From NCBI RefSeq assembly GCF_009834535.1, contig NC_045697.1:84756001-84820000 (forward strand): a DNA stretch of 64,000 nt. Direction: 5' to 3'. The position numbers and the translations under genes were made by a program. The notes beneath the pieces were generated by a model. The model was given only the letters and a program-made list of their open reading frames with translations, made no database searches and was not told where the DNA came from. This stretch comes from Camelus ferus. Lineage: Eukaryota. This document shows positions 1 through 12,549 of this stretch, piece after piece (positions within the stretch are counted from its first letter, which is position 1; every line of letters begins with the position of its first letter).

Positions 1-559
1 CAGAGCTTCTATGGACCAGTGAGTGCTCTGTGTTCTCCATTTTTTCCACCTTAAAGGGGAATGTTTATGTGTTTATCCTGCCTCTTTCCATCACTTTGTG
101 TGGAGTGCATCTAGAGAAGATCACTTGTCTACTTAGTTCATATGTGTCCAAATCAAGAGGAGCTGTTTGGATTTGGTGCAGACAGGATCATGACCGCCAA
201 GGCCAATGTCTTAGTTGGTTGAAACTTTTAGGATGTCTTCCTTGTAGGTGTGAGTGAATTTTGTGTGAAGAAGTGTTCAAAGTGAGTATCTGTGACCAAG
301 AAGGTGAACTGAGATAGGTTTTGTTCACAATTACTTACGTCATCCTTCCAAGCGAGTGGATTATATATAAGTCCACTGCTGTGTGACCTGCTTGCCCCTC
401 TGGGAGGAGTACACATCTCTGCCCTATGTTCTCTGGCCTTGGCCATGCAGCTCACTTTGTCCAGTGGAATAGGACATACGCCACAGATAAACAGAAGCTT
501 TGAATGCAGTTGTGTTGCTTACACAAGGCCTCTTGCTTTTCTCTCCTGTAAGTTTTTGA

Positions 560-743
560 GATTGTCTCCTGAAGAGCTGCTTCTTTAGCATGGGTGCAGA
601 AATGAGGAGATACATGGAACCGAGACACACAGGACCAAGCAGCTAACTCTTAGCCATTGGCCTGTAAAAAGAGCAAGAAATAGATGCTTAGTTATTAAGC
701 CACTGAGATTTTGGATTATTTGTTGTGCAGCAAAACTAATACA
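560..743 (+). mobile_element. MLT1-type ERVL-MaLR LTR, 3' part
   Basis: Ends with ttaagccactgagattttgg...ctaataca, typical of MLT1 3' termini. Confidence 0.65.
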
Positions 744-749
744 GTTAAG

Positions 750-2093
750 GGATTTTGCAATATTGATTTCTTTAGCTCCATGATTTGATCTTGATTTATA
801 AACCTGAAGCATTTCAAAGAGAATTGATGGAGATGTTCATTGCTGTTTTAAAAGCTTGCATAACTCTCATACTCGTTTATTTGAACATAAAGTTTAATTT
901 GTACCATGTCAATGATAGTTTAGATAAATTTTCATTTACTTGAAAGTCTCCTGCTGTGATTTTGTTATCATACTGTTCTGTATTTCATGGCTGTATGTTA
1001 GAATATATTTGGGAAGGAAAAATAATTTTATTTTTTCTGATTGTTACCTAGTGGCAAGCAGACTGTTTAATAATATGTGAGGTTTATCTAGAGCTCAGTA
1101 CATCAATCATTGTGCTATATTCTACACGCTTATTATCTTAACACTGAAAAATTCTTCATAACAAAAAGTTCTACATTATTTCCCCAATAAACATCAGAGA
1201 AGGAGGTAATTTTTTCAAGGTCACACAGTTAGTAAGGTGGCAGACTTGAGACTCAAATCCAGATCCCAGACTCTTAATCCACGCTGCCTCGTTATTTTGG
1301 TTGGTGTTCACTGATACACGATTGGCCTTTAGGTACTAGTTTCTCGTTAAGCTGAATATTTCTGAGACTTAACTACTTTGGAAAACCCAAAGTGTCTGTC
1401 TTCATTTATAATAAGAAGATATGCTGTGTTCTTCAACTTTCTTGGGTTAAAAATAGAACATATATGAACAAAATGAATCTCTAAATATGTATTATCTGTA
1501 ATGTAAAATAACATATACATTTATATAAATCAATTGACAAAATATTTATTTACCAATTTCTAAGCTTGATCATAATTAGTTGTATAGTTTCTAGATTGAA
1601 AAAACGGTACAATACATAATCAATGTGATGTGTCAGGCTGACTCTGTTACATCTTCAGGGATTTCATAGGATAGTAACATGATAATTAGTTACACAATTT
1701 ATTTTACAGAAGGGATAAATCTGCTTACTATGTGACAGAAATCATATAATGATCTTCTCAAAAAGTGTCCCAAGTGTCATTACTTGTCCTAAATGTTAAA
1801 TTATGCTATACTATAAAAGTGTTCAGTGGGAAATTTTGAATTCCACCTTTTTTTTCTTTTTTAGGTTTTTTTTTTTAAATTATAGGAATCATCAGTGTCT
1901 TTGATAGGGTGATGTGCATTATACTGTACAAAAGACATATAAATATGTTTTATTTCTCAGATTTATTTGACAAGGACTGTCAAAATATAGGTCAAAATTT
2001 GGAAAACATTGATTTAGTCTAAGGAGGGATTAAACTTATTCAGAAACACCCAGAAATAAATCAACCCACCATATTAAAAGGAGAGGATTACAT
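750..2093 (-). pseudogene. Decayed S1A serine protease unit U9 (trypsinogen-like)
   Basis: ATG at 2093 with a 1-nt shift reads MNPLLLIW (cf. PRSS1 MNPLLIL). HPIKDTDD, then GG. P-FNLETIQLIMIKL (1607-1562). VNKY. QSC...PTKIT (1324-1290), then a MIR. SAC.*|gtaac (1062-1047). GA GAC TTT after cagcag (~950). SGL*IKI.SW-KEI.IA (807-757). Confidence 0.65.
1070..1290 (-). mobile_element. MIR SINE
   Basis: aaggtcacacagttagtaag...ggcaga...ctcaaatcc is the reverse complement of the MIR core. Confidence 0.8.
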
Positions 2094-2439
2094 GCTGTGT
2101 ACATAAAAAAACTTCCTATTAATTTAAAACAAAGTTTATTGATGAATTAATAATTCAGCAAATAACAGAGCTAATAATAGAACAGATATCATATTAGGCT
2201 GATTAAGTTATGTTGTGGGGGTACTTTAATAATTTAAAATGCCTTCCTCTGTTTCATATACACATACTCATAAATCAGATGTAAATATTTATTTAAGACA
2301 GTTCAGTCATATATAATTTAAATCATGATTATAGGTTCTAAAAGGCAGACATACAAAGACTGAGAAAGGAAAATACTTCAACTTCACTAGCAATTAATAC
2401 TGATAGCCTATATACAGAACATTATTTCTAAGGGTAAAA

Positions 2440-3990
2440 TACAATCATATGGTCAGAAATACTATCCTCAATGCTTTGGTTGATGTTAAATGTCAGAGTG
2501 CCTAAGGCTGTTTAACGTCTCCGGGAGCCAGTCCTCACTGAGTTGTAGTGGGAGGTATAAGAATTCCATGTGACAGAATGTCACTGGTGAAATCCACCTG
2601 GAAACTGCATATTGCTTCTATTGTTTATTGTGCTTCCTTCAAAATCTCTGGGCTATTTAATCAGGAGATGTACCAGAATAAAAAGATGTGAAGAAATGAA
2701 TGTAGGATATAGCCTCAGAGCTGATGATCAATGAGCAATAAATAATATATTTATTTGGGGTAAGTAAAGAACAGAGATGGCAGCTTATTCCCTGTAATTT
2801 TAATTTTGGCTTTGTGTTTCCAAAAATCGAGCACCTTTTATTTTTATTTTCTTTTATACTTCTAAAGTATATTTTGTGATATCCATCAAGTTGCAACTTT
2901 TAGAAAACCTGTCAAATAACCCTGAGAATTCTATTTGACTTCAGGTTAACTCTTCATTTGTGTTACACAATCAAACACAATATTTACTAAAACAAATACA
3001 TATTTTGTAATGTGGATCTTTTTTAAAAAAGAAAAATTAAACATTTTATTCAGAAAATAAAGTTGTTTTATTCAGGAAAGTGACACCATCATTCTAATAC
3101 TATAATACAGTATTATTATTATAGTACAATTTTATAATAATAATGAATGTGCAGGTGACACTATATATGTAATACATTTTTAATACTCAAGATGACTTGA
3201 AGTTGTTAGGAAAAATTTATGAATTTGGGAAAACAAATACCATGTTTTCAGTGATTCATGGAAGAAAATATTTCCATGGTCACAAAAATCTATTTCTAAA
3301 AGGGAATATACATAGATTTCTAGGCTTAGTGAAAAAGCATCTATATTCAGAAGCAGTCTTTGGTGAAGTTTTTACTATTGTGTCTTGAATGAAGATCTTT
3401 GTAATATTTGACCATATTCGATAATCAGGTTAAATGCCAAAGATACTAATCCCAAAAAAATTACCATTTACCTTTTATCATTCTGAGAGAAATATCTAGA
3501 GTTTGAAGTATTATTTTCCAGGAGTGTGGGGGTCTTCTTCAAAATCTGGCATTTTAGAATTGTAGATGTGGAAAATTAGTGTGGTGATAATTTTATTATG
3601 ATATCCATAGGGTGTGAATCTTCCCAAGAAAAAGATTTTTAGGAATCTTAGATAAATTTTATTCTTCTGGTATAGAGGCTAAACATTTTTAGGGAAAGAA
3701 TTATGCTTACCTTTGACATTTATGTTACTCAATATAAAGTATGTGCATTATACTACATACTTAATTTAAAAACAAAGTTAGTATTTTTCCAGACACTTTT
3801 CAATTTCTACTACCAAATTTTTCCATGAAACCACTTTATTGTTTCTTGCAGGAAAAGATACTTTCTGGAATTGGATTTACTGTGCTGAACCTTTCTCAAA
3901 TATGGTTGTTTCTTACCATTGGTACATCTTTTCATAGTAAACTTAGCTACAAAATGCCAGAGGCCACTGTGGTCTCAATTATTTGCTGTC
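2440..3990 (-). pseudogene. Decayed S1A serine protease unit U8 with trypsin/kallikrein-type exon phases
   Basis: Donor G|gtaaga (3916), 72-nt intron, GKI-GSRN*. Exon 2 ends TGT CAA AG|gtaagc (phase 2 at 3710, as in KLK HC-x-R|). FFLGR...FHIYNSK...D-TLLE (Asp GAC at 3534-3532). SLEI...FCDH. ITENMVF (3255-3235). Acceptor tttccag|GTG GAT TTC (2597, phase 0, GDS position). HGIL, *G, TK. Confidence 0.7.
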
Positions 3991-4159
3991 TATGAACAGT
4001 GCTACATATGAATCTAAATTTTGAGAAAAATTTCTAAAGATTTCCTGAGGCCTTTACAGAGATACAGCAGATCTACAAGCACCCAACATGGGCTGATACA
4101 TTTGGTAGATTTACAGCGTGACAGTAAACAGCTCAAGATTTGGCTAACGAAAGATGGCG

Positions 4160-4360
4160 TTGACTTGCAGCTCTATCATTTGCCTGTTCTGGGGCCTTAG
4201 ATAACTTTCTTAATTTTTCTAAACCTCAATTTCCTCATCTGAAATAGAATAAGAAAAACATCTAGCTTACAGCTATGCTGGGAAGATTAAATAAAATATT
4301 GCATATAAAAGCACCTATTGTGCCTAGTATATTGGTTGAAACTCAGTAACTGGTAGGAGT
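4160..4360 (+). mobile_element. MIR SINE
   Basis: aacctcaatttcctcatctgaaa core plus the tail aaagcac...gtgcctag. Confidence 0.8.
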
Positions 4361-5059
4361 AATTTTTTTCTTAGTTATGTCCTTAGGTTTCATTTGCTTG
4401 TCCAGTATTTGTAGTTAATTATTCAAAATCTTGGGATAATAATATATAAATAGTTTACTTTTGATCACTAATTAGCATGCTGCCTATTAACACATGTTCT
4501 GTAGCAAAAAATGTTAATCTAATAAACTGTGGGTATGTCTTCTTTAGCTATAGGACAGACCTTCTCTTCGCTTGGCTGCCAGAGTGTTTTGCTCTTGTAG
4601 CATGACTGTGTACCTGTAAACTATGTAACTGTAAACTATGAGAGAAGTGCTGGGCAGTGGCAGGTGCTGGGAACTTGTGTTAGTGAAGGAAGTCAGCCTA
4701 GGAGATAGTTAGGGCTGATAAGGAGCTTGGGGGTCACTCTAAAGGGGAAGAGCAGGGCCCACTCATCAAGGGGCAGGCACACAAAGACTAAGGCTTAACC
4801 GCCACAGTACTGACTAGGAGAAGAAGGTGGGGTCAGCTGCCAGTGGGAGGTGGACATCATGACAAAAGATGTTCCCCTTGAAACAGACGAAATTTACCCT
4901 GGTCAACTATCTCTGGTTTTGAAGTTAACCATTTTTGCTGCTGTGCAAGACAATTTACCTTTTAAATTTTATTTTAAATATCATACAAAGATCATGGGTT
5001 ATCATATCAAATATTTTATTCCCACTTTGTTGAAGATTAGAGTCACAAAGTAGCTTATT

Positions 5060-5295
5060 ATAGTAAAAATATTTAAAAAGATATAAATTTAAAAAATAAA
5101 ATATAAAATAAAGATATAAAACAAAATTAAAAAATAATATGCATATAAAATAAAATATATGTATGAAAAATAGAACATAATAAAACAAAAATATAGAAAT
5201 ATAAAAAATGAGTAGCTTATATTGAAATATAAAAATATATAATTTCAAATATGTAAAAATACATAAATATAACAAAATAAAATATAAAAAATAGT
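5060..5295. repeat. A/T-rich low-complexity tract, (AAATAT)n-like
   Basis: About 230 bp of almost only A/T, strongly A-skewed. It produces most of ORF 4955..5275. Confidence 0.85.
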
Positions 5296-5829
5296 GAAGT
5301 AGAATCCAATCTCAAAATTAAATGTTTTTATTATCATCTTTTTATGACTACAGATTTTTAACTAAATCTCATACCGTTAACTCTACTGCCTTCTCCAATT
5401 AGTAAGCTAAAACTAAGATGTCTCCCTAGACATGTGCTTGCCTCCTAAAGGGAGGGTTACACAGTGACTAACAAATATACGCAAGTAGCTCAGTTAAGAA
5501 ATCTATTTAAATTTGTTTAATCCCATGTTTTCCCCAGTTTGGTTCAGAAAACTTTTCTCACATGACGCTTGAAAACATGCTTGTTAGCTGTGTTCTGAGG
5601 GACACAGGAGTGCACACTTTGTGGACACAAGTGTTGGGTAAGCAGTCAGGCCCCTCTGTTGCTCCTGAGGGTGCTACTATTTTGGAGCTAGTACAAAAAT
5701 TTATTTATAGACTATGTCCTTTATTTTAGAAAAGTCAAGAAAGTAGGACAGAAATTTTAAGAAGATATTTGATAAGATAATGGAAATGTAAACATTTGGT
5801 ACCTAGAATGCCAGTATTTGGGAGATCTG

Positions 5830-6260
5830 GAAAAATACCTGAGCCAGCCTTCTCCCCCTGCTCCCTGACCCAGGAGGCTGACCTGTATGGACTTCCTCAT
5901 TAGGCTTCTGGGCTTCCACGTGCCAGTGAGAGACCTGGTAGGGGGTCTGCAGGAGGAAGTGTGAGGCCAGGTGTCTACTCCTTTGCCTCCCTCCCTGCCC
6001 AGGCACTTTGGGTTGGCTGTGCCTCTTAACCCAATAACTTTCTCAATGAGGGCCTCCCTACACAACTTGCTCCTTCTGGGTTCCAGCAAAATTCTGTTTC
6101 TTTGTACTTTTTGATCTACACAGCCCCATGGTTTCTAACCAGAGACATTGCATTCTCTCCTACAGTTTCCCTGTGACCAGCTCACACTTTTGTAAGTAAC
6201 TCTCTCACAAACCCTTCTTGAATTGTCCTGATTGTGTACCATTTGTTTGCTATATATGTT
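5830..6260 (+). mobile_element. LTR33-like ERVL LTR
   Basis: ccaggaggctgacctgtatggact...ctccctccctgcc...cacacttttgtaag...ccatttgttt matches the recalled LTR33 layout. Confidence 0.7.
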
Positions 6261-6426
6261 TATCTCCTTGAGCAATTGGACATTTGAAGTATGTTTATAT
6301 AACTCTCTAATATAGTTTGTAGTCGTCTGGAGGTAATTTATTAAAATTGGAATAATATGTATTTTTAACTTCCTAAAGGGCACCTTTAAAATAAAAGTTT
6401 TGCCAGAAAGTTCAGAGTCAACTCTG

Positions 6427-6680
6427 GCAGCAGAGCATGATGGTTAGACACAGAAACTCTGGGATGAAGTCACCTGGGTTTTAACTTTAATTCAGTGTCT
6501 GTTAACTATGTGATGTTGGGCAAGTTGTTTAACCTCTCAGGTTCTCAGTTTATTAGTAAATGAGGGATGATAATAACAGGTGAACTAAGGATTATTATGA
6601 AGATTTTAAAAGTTAATATTTATAAAGCACTTAAAACAACGCCAGGCCCATATTAAGTACTAAGTATCTGCATGATAAGC
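6427..6680 (+). mobile_element. MIR SINE, near full length
   Basis: ctatgtgatgttgggcaagttgtttaacctctc...ctcagttt core with head and tail. Confidence 0.85.
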
Positions 6681-6684
6681 ATTA

Positions 6685-6880
6685 TGATTTTATTGAGTGC
6701 CTATAGTGTTCCAGACAGTATATCAAATATTTTTTCATATTTTATCCCATTTAGTCCTCAAAACAATCTTGTGAAGTAAATATTCTAACTCGCAATAGAA
6801 GAAATTGGAATGCAGAGTAATTAAGAAATTTGCCCCATCCATATGGTAAGCAGTGAAGTTGAGATTTGAAGGCAGATGGT
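6685..6880 (-). mobile_element. MIR SINE
   Basis: ttattgagtgcctatagtgttccagacag...tcctcaaaacaatc...gatttgaa. Confidence 0.75.
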
Positions 6881-8024
6881 AATATCTTCATTAAAGTATA
6901 CACACACATAATATATATACATATGCACACAGATATATTGTTACATGCTATATGTGATACTGAATACACAATACTTACATTTATAGAATCACTGGTGCCT
7001 GGCACATCATAGTTGCTCAACATAGATTGTTTCTTCCTCTCATTCTGATTCCAGGTCTCTTTCCACTTTACCACACTGCCTTCCCTCTTGCATGTACAGG
7101 AGTAAAATGAACTTTCTGGAAGTTCTGTGAGCATTACTAGAGAGGAGAAGAATGTAATTTATCTCCACTGCTGAACTTCACTTTACCCACCCTATCCCAA
7201 GACAGTAAAAATGTTAAATTTGACAACATTCTTGAAAAGATACAAAATTTGGATTTTTCCAAATATACTTAGCTGTTAAGTTGGAAAACCACTGATGGCT
7301 GTGATTGCTGCAGTGGATTCCACCCAGATAAGGAGATCAAAGATTATCGGGAGACTTGCCAGATGCCATAGTAAAGAGCCTTGTCTGTTTTCAAAGTAAC
7401 TGATGGATGATGTGAGAAATTCCATTGGAATGCTTTTGAATGTTCTACATGGATGTTGTAAATATTAGAAATTTTATCATTGGGTCAAATGGCTTTTAGG
7501 CAACAAAACTTTGTTAAAGCATCATTCACTTAAAACATTATCTGACTTTACACAAGCATAATTAGAAAATTCAATCAGACATTATTATAATATTTATCCG
7601 TACCATCATTATGCCAGTCCTTCACATTGAATTTGAAAATATCTTTTGGGGTAATGATTTTTTTAAGAATTCTAAATTATTACCTAAATTATTACCTGTG
7701 TTAATTCCCAAAGGGTTTAACTGACTTGCAGATGTCATGTAGTTAGCAAATAGCAGAGAATTGATTTAGACAAAGGTCCTTCTATCAAACCCCATGTGCT
7801 TTCTTTTATACTGTACTGCCTTCAACTTCAGACTTGTGAATATATATATCTACAAATATATACATGTGTGTATGTGTATATATATATATCTTTAATTCTA
7901 TCAGAATGACTAGCTTACAAATCTGTAAGTTTTGTGGTTTAACATCTGGTGTAAGTATTTATTAGACAAAAGTTATAAATCTCATTATTTGTTAGCCACT
8001 TCTACCCTTCTCCTTGGAATAGAC

Positions 8025-8080
<56 letters not shown>

Positions 8081-8114
8081 CCTACCTGTCTACCTACCTG
8101 TCTACCTACCTATC
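8025..8114. repeat. Compound tetranucleotide STR, (TCTA)14 plus CCTA/CCTG/TCTA units
   Basis: Read directly from the sequence. Confidence 0.97.
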
Positions 8115-8439
8115 ATGTCAAGATTTGCCCTCAGTCTAAAGGGTCATAGATGGTTTGGCAAGATGACTTCAGCTTCTTTGCTGATATTAGATACTTATCT
8201 TAATAAACAGGCAGAAAAAAAGTAAATTTTGTTTTCTAGTTTCTAAGTTATCTCACTGAAAAATGTCTTTGAAATCTACACTTTATTTTATTTTCAGTTT
8301 CTTAACTAAATGTGTCTAACTTTTGGAATAGCAGTATTATTATAGTAATGAAACTCTCCTATTCTTTGACTTCTGACTTTGTTTTAATTGGCCTTATTTT
8401 TAAACCAACATCAACCTGTATGATACCTTTTGTTCCATA

Positions 8440-10570
8440 TGGTTATTATTGACACTATTTTTAATCCTCAGTGGAATCATTATGTAATCTGGCCATCTTA
8501 CTGCACTTCTTTTTTTTTTCTGGACATAGAGGCTGATTCAACTATATTTCCAAGAGATCAATGCCTGATTCAGCTTCTAGCCCCATACAATGCTTGAACA
8601 GTGGATGAAAAAACTTTTATTCTCTTCCCAATTCTCCCCAGGAACCTGTACCTCTGACCTTGATGCTGGAGCCTTCCTGGCCACCTTCAAGTGCTGACAG
8701 AATTATGTAATAGTTGCCAAAACTATGTGAGTTTATGGACTAACAAGTCATTTGTCATGAATCAGAGATAAGCGGGAGCCTCAGTAACACGGGGAAAGGC
8801 AGGAGCCCTTTGTCCTCTGAACCATGACCCGGACACTGGTTGGATCATTTAAAATCATGAATACTGGAGAGTTTTTTACAGTGGTCCAGGGCCCTCTGCT
8901 TAGGTCTAAGTAGGCAGCCTTATTCCTTTGAAGGATAAAAACATCTGATAATTTCTCAGTGATAACCTTAGCATTTCATGGTGGGGAAAGTGCAGAATTT
9001 TCTTAGATTTATTATACATTACTGTTTTAGAATGCTTTATTATGTATTGTTTTTCTTTTAGGATGATTTCTTTCTTTTTCAGAGAACTTATCTTACCTTG
9101 AGATATTTAGTTCATTTTTGGAAAGTCAGGAAATACTTCTGAGGAATAATTTTATTAGAAAAGCAAACCATTTGATCTTACCTCTAAAGATGTGGCAGAA
9201 AGTGGATGTTTCTTCCAGGAAGAAGGACATTGTATAAATGAACCCATTCACTTAGAACATTTCATATCAGTACTTTTCCAATATTAAACTACTAATTGTT
9301 GGCAAATTTCTATGTCAGTGTATGAATAATGAGCCAAATACTCTTTTTTTACTCAGAGAGTAAAAGAAACTACCTGGATCCAAAAGAATTCAGCCTGGGG
9401 TCATAGAAGAATTCTAATGACTGTGATCCTCACAGCAGTGGTTCTGACAGTAGCTTCAGTCATTGGATGCTGTTGCTCTTCATCTGGGTTTGCATCCTAG
9501 CTGTGTCACCCAAGAGCAGTGTGTCCTTGGATAAGTTACTTATCCTCCCTGTAACTCAGTTCACCCACATTTAGATAAGGGGTAGTAATTAATATTACCT
9601 ACTTCAGAGGAAATGTTTTAAAGATTAAATTAGTTACCATAAAGTACTTAGGACTAAATCTTACATAAAATAATTGTTGTGTGAATGTATATTAGGTTCA
9701 TACCATATCATCAATCTATTTACAGTGTTTATAGATCTACTGTGTTCAAAGAGACTTTACTACAGGACGGTCCTTGCCTCTAAGGGATGTTTTGTCAGGA
9801 AAAATTGATGCCATTCAATTTAGAAAAGTGGAAGCTGGATAGATGCTCTTGGAGGGAGTGATGTAAAATTTTAAATTTAATTGTAACTAGAAAATTTAAA
9901 TAGTTACTTTTTGTTGTAAACTCCTGCAGGGCATAGACTGCCCATTATATTTATTGTATATATATAAATATATAAGTAGATATATTTTATATATATATAT
10001 AATAGTTCATAGAGCATAATAGAGGATTAGATACATTGATAGGGAACAATCCATAGTTTGTTTTAGTCATATAGGTATCAAGCTGCCTAATTGTGCATTA
10101 TGAGTAGAGTGAGTACAGCCCCTGGAGTGCAGACATGACCCTTGAGTCTCACTTGCCTCACTGTTGTTGTAGTTCAGGTTACAGGGGGCTTGTTAAAAAC
10201 TAAAACCAAAACGCCACAAGTACACTGTCTAGAACTAGAACATAATGGAACAATTTGTACATGAATCACATTTAAATAATCTATATTTATAAAATGCTAT
10301 CCTAAGAAATATAATTCTAACAAGTTTCAGTATAACAACTGCATATTTACTTAACTGACAGCAGTAAAACAAACAGAAATTTCAAGATTATTTTAAAATA
10401 TAGACAAAATTAATTTAAAATAGAAGAAATTTACTCTTAAGATTCAAACTTAAATATTCTACATTTGGAAGATATTACCTGAATTGTAATTCTGTCAAGC
10501 TTCCATTTGAGTAATGGTATAACCAATTAACAGCAATGAAACTAAAAGATAGAAAAAGCAAACTGTCTTT
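8440..10570 (-). pseudogene. Decayed S1A serine protease unit U6
   Basis: Hydrophobic exon CFFYLLVSLLLIGYTITQ (from 10560) ending at a phase-1 donor (10478). IC...SSLI and EWV near 9.3 kb. C-RVM (cf. CWVT). LPFPVLLRLPLISD (PLISD at 8775-8761). IT*FC..LEGG (8691-8680). GI-ISWKYS* (8565-8538; cf. GIVSWGYGC). (W>R)IKNSV (8468-8451). Confidence 0.65.
9435..9690 (+). mobile_element. MIR SINE
   Basis: ctgggtttgcatcctagct...gtgtccttggataagttactt core. Confidence 0.75.
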
Positions 10571-10669
10571 AGAAAAGAAAAACAAAGAATTTTGCTGGGG
10601 TACAAGACCTTGAGAAGTTTGTTCAGTGGAGGGCTGGATTACTCTGTTTTCAGGATGTGGGGACAAGGG

Positions 10670-12484
10670 ACATATCCAGGGTTTGGTGTAGACATTTCTC
10701 ATTGTTAATTGAAGATGTGTTAGGCTAGGGGAATCTCTTAATGATGAATATTCTTCGAGATGTCCATACTCTCCTTGCACAAACTGCCCCCTGGAACTCT
10801 CCTTAAACATCTGGCTGGAGGGTGCAGTAGAGAAAGAAAGGCTGAACCTGAGTCAGGTATCCATAAACGGCCAAGATCATCTTCAATGTCATTTCTACTA
10901 GACTCCGGTTTTGGAGATGCATAATCACATGGTGTTAACAAAAGAAGGCATAGTATAATTTCTAAGTTCTGCTGGTCCACAATGAGTCTGCCAAGTTAGA
11001 CACACAAGGATAAATTGCATATGGCTTTTGTAGAGAAATTATTGGAAAAGTGCAACAAATTAATGGCGGGAACATTCTATGATTTTGATCCTCTGGTCAT
11101 TTGGTCTCCAGAGGATGTATTTAGCTACTCAGTCCCTCAGCCATCACAACTTAATGCTCCTGCTTTTTTGATAATCTGATAATCCAGTAGATGACTTGGT
11201 AGTCCTCTCAAACCTTTGACATATGCCCCACTTTAAACATTGGGCGTAAGAAGCCCCTTTTCACCTAACAGGTTAAATTTAAGCTCTGACTCATTGAATT
11301 TTTTCCCGTGTCATATGTATTTTTTCTTAATTCTTGAGTTTGCTCTTGGCTGATGGAGTGTTTGACCAATTATTATGAGCTTTGTTCCTCATGGGAAATC
11401 ATTTGGCTTAAAAAGAACAAATGCTGCTTTCTACTTTTTCTGTAGGAATTTTTGCTTGGTTTTTGTAGGTGTGCAGCTGTTCACAATTATGACTGATTGT
11501 TTCATCTGCTTTGGACAGTTTCCCCTCTAGTCGTTAAAGGGTAGATTCTCTATTAAATGAACATTCCAGTATATTTTACTTCATTTTCCCAATAAAGATC
11601 AGAAATTACTAAGTTTTTGAAGATTTCAAATATCACTTTCAAACTGTGTATTTTCTGTCTTCAATGAAGTCAGTTCTCATTTTGGAGAATGTTATTTTGA
11701 TCTGTTAATTCCTATGTGTAATAGAAACATGTCTGAGGAGGTGAAAACTATAGAAGAAAATAGTTTCAGTAAATGCTGATTTTTCAAAGAAAATCTTCGG
11801 AATTTATGGAGCCTTTCTAAATCAGCTTTATTTTTTCATAAGGACCTTTTACTTTAATATAACCAAAGATACTTTCTCAAGTATAAACAGGGCTTGGAAT
11901 TCTCCCCAGTGTCTATTGTGTTAGTTTTTCCTTCCTATTTTGCAAAGTAGTTGATTGTTAGGGAATCAATCTCAAATGACTTAAGTTTATATGCTTTTGT
12001 GAAATAGCTCTGTGGGTGAGTATGTATATTTGGCAAAAGACTTTAATATCTTTGTTATCAATCTTACTGTCAACTGATCTGCTTATTCAGTTGAATAGTG
12101 GCAGTTTCATTATCTGTAGCTACATCTGCTGTGAGAACCCAAGTAGTATCGCTTATCAGGGCCTGGCATTGCCACAAGATTAACTTCTTGTTTCTCTTCA
12201 AATACGATGAAAGACGGCAACAGTAAAACACTTTTGTAAAATGATCCTTTTTTCTACTGTATTTCATTATGGGAAAGAAAAATTTTAAGGACATTTTCTA
12301 AAGCCTATAATATATTTCACCTAAATAAATCCCTCTATTCAAAGATATATATATATATAGCATATGTATTTATGTATAAGCAGAATTTTTGTTTATGTCT
12401 GTGTATACAATCACCTTACCTCTTTTCATTACAGGATAGACTGCAAATCTAGGAAATCCTCTAAAGAGGATTATCTTTTAACAT
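10670..12484 (-). pseudogene. Decayed S1A serine protease unit U5 (granzyme/chymase-like hallmarks)
   Basis: Exon 1 ATG at 12484, donor AG|gtaagg at 12419, 99-nt intron. Exon 2 begins G|GT GAA [ATAT] ATT ATA GGC = GE-IIG (12320-12303). CGNA-LISDTTWVLTA-C (12176-12122). LTVRL (12073-12059). AK.THP, KLKS, QNLEI...C, SAF. FKESSRGQFV (10807-10778; cf. FKGDSGGPLV; Ser codon TCC at 10795-10793). VYTKPWI (10693-10673). Confidence 0.7.
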
Positions 12485-12549
12485 ATTTGAGTCAATTTTA
12501 GAAAAATAAACCACAAAACTTGATTAAGTTACCAACTTTATTTGGTTTT

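Larger units (their letters stand above)
4755..7400 (-). pseudogene. Decayed S1A serine protease unit U7, split by MIRs, LTR33 and an A-rich tract
   Basis: WQVSR*SLISL-WVESTAA-HS (7361-7298; cf. WQVSLQ...SLIS..WV.TAAHC). CLGIGW (7204-7187). SNLQQ...HDLC (~5040-4985). RDS-CQG with one inserted base (4914-4896). WQLTPPSSPSQYCG (from 4842; spacing of WxLxGIxSWGxGCG). VF...EW near 4760. Confidence 0.65.

Noticed and set aside
1081..1120. STMIDV read as the NMIC motif of U9
   Set aside because: Better explained as the MIR 3' tail; an example of the overfitting risk.
7672..7697. 12-bp tandem duplication (ctaaattattac)x2, and a similar one at ~4614-4640
   Set aside because: Ordinary slippage micro-duplications.
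10475..10810. 111-aa ORF as an intact gene
   Set aside because: It is the decayed last exon of U5 running into the U6 leader in another frame; GDSGG is degraded and the upstream exons are frameshifted.
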